From Carcharhinus amblyrhynchos (taxonomy: Eukaryota): DNA of 64,000 bases. Below, piece after piece: positions 63,201 to 64,000 of the stretch. The notes below the pieces were generated by a model, which saw only the letters and a list, made by a program, of their open reading frames with translations, did not search any database and was not told the origin of the DNA. Within the stretch, counting starts at the first letter, position 1, and each line of letters begins with the position of its first letter. The position numbers and the translations under genes are program-made. The stretch covers positions 48,546,001 through 48,610,000 of the forward strand of contig OZ336880.1 of the NCBI GenBank assembly GCA_965287045.1, read 5' to 3'.

Positions 63201-64000
63201 TTTGTCAAAAAGCAATTACACAGAGCATGGTAGCTAGGATTCAATGTAGACACTTGGTTCACTTGGTTTAATTGCTAGGATGGGAGATCCAGAAGAGTAA
63301 TTCTCTTTAGACAGTGCTTCTGCCTAATGATTATGGCAGAATATACTAAAAATCTGTGCAGAATGCTTGAAGTTACCAATTTCCATTCTACACAGAAAAC
63401 CAAGTCACCAGTTTTAATGATCCAGAATGCCTCTGTACTCAATAAGTATCCACAAAAGAATGCACCAGATGACTACTGCATGCTCCGTAGTTTTAGTCAT
63501 GAGCCATCAGTAAGAACTTACTGAATAAATTGCATTTGTACTATAGATTCAGAAAGCACCAGACTGAGATGTCTAGTCTAATAAATTCTCAATCTGTTGT
63601 GTTCTTGCTTTTTGTTTCAAATATAAGGAAGAAAATTGTTTTATAATTACTTGAAAATGACTAATTGAACAACATCTCACCGCTTTTTTGTTTTACATTT
63701 TTCCTTTTGTGGTTTAAGTATCTGTTCAGAAAGATTTGGATTTACACATACTGAGAGAAGGGTTATCTTCAATGAAATGTGTGAGGTGCTGTGAAAACCC
63801 ATTAGCAGTTTAATTTGTGTTGTTGTGTATTTCTGTCTTTGCCAGACCTTGCACATGATTTTCTTCTGGCCAGAGGTATCAGGCTTGTATTTTCTTCTGC
63901 TCTTTTGCAAGTACATTCTGCAGTGGACTCAATCATTTAAAATGGTGGGGGAACTGCTTGGGAGAAAACAAAATCCACCAGATTGCTTTCAAATCTTACA

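Overview
Vertebrate nuclear DNA, most likely a shark or other cartilaginous fish (inferred from HE1-type SINEs, DeuSINE remnants, abundant CR1 LINEs and Penelope-derived palindromes). The first ~37 kb is repeat-dense and CpG-poor and carries the last two coding exons of an ERICH2-like gene (+). From ~39 kb onward lies the 5' ~70% of the CDS of gad1 (glutamate decarboxylase 67, +): 12 coding exons with GT-AG boundaries splice into an uninterrupted 421-codon frame that includes the PLP-binding NPHK lysine, and the gene runs off the right edge. The ERICH2-GAD1 order matches human synteny. Most ORFs in the supplied track are repeat fragments or chance frames. Most notable: (i) two families of Penelope-type palindromes carrying minimal hammerhead-ribozyme motifs; (ii) an ~18 kb CpG-retaining, repeat-poor domain over gad1 with CTCF-like and RE1-like motifs; (iii) natural T91A and T347N substitutions in GAD67; (iv) an exact 32-bp locally templated insertion in a young CR1; (v) a 32-bp minisatellite with 4-unit higher-order structure; (vi) an unclassified ~130-bp inverted-repeat element. 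I cannot support a wholly new biological system from the sequence alone. Comparisons with human sequences and repeat consensi are from memory and were not computed.
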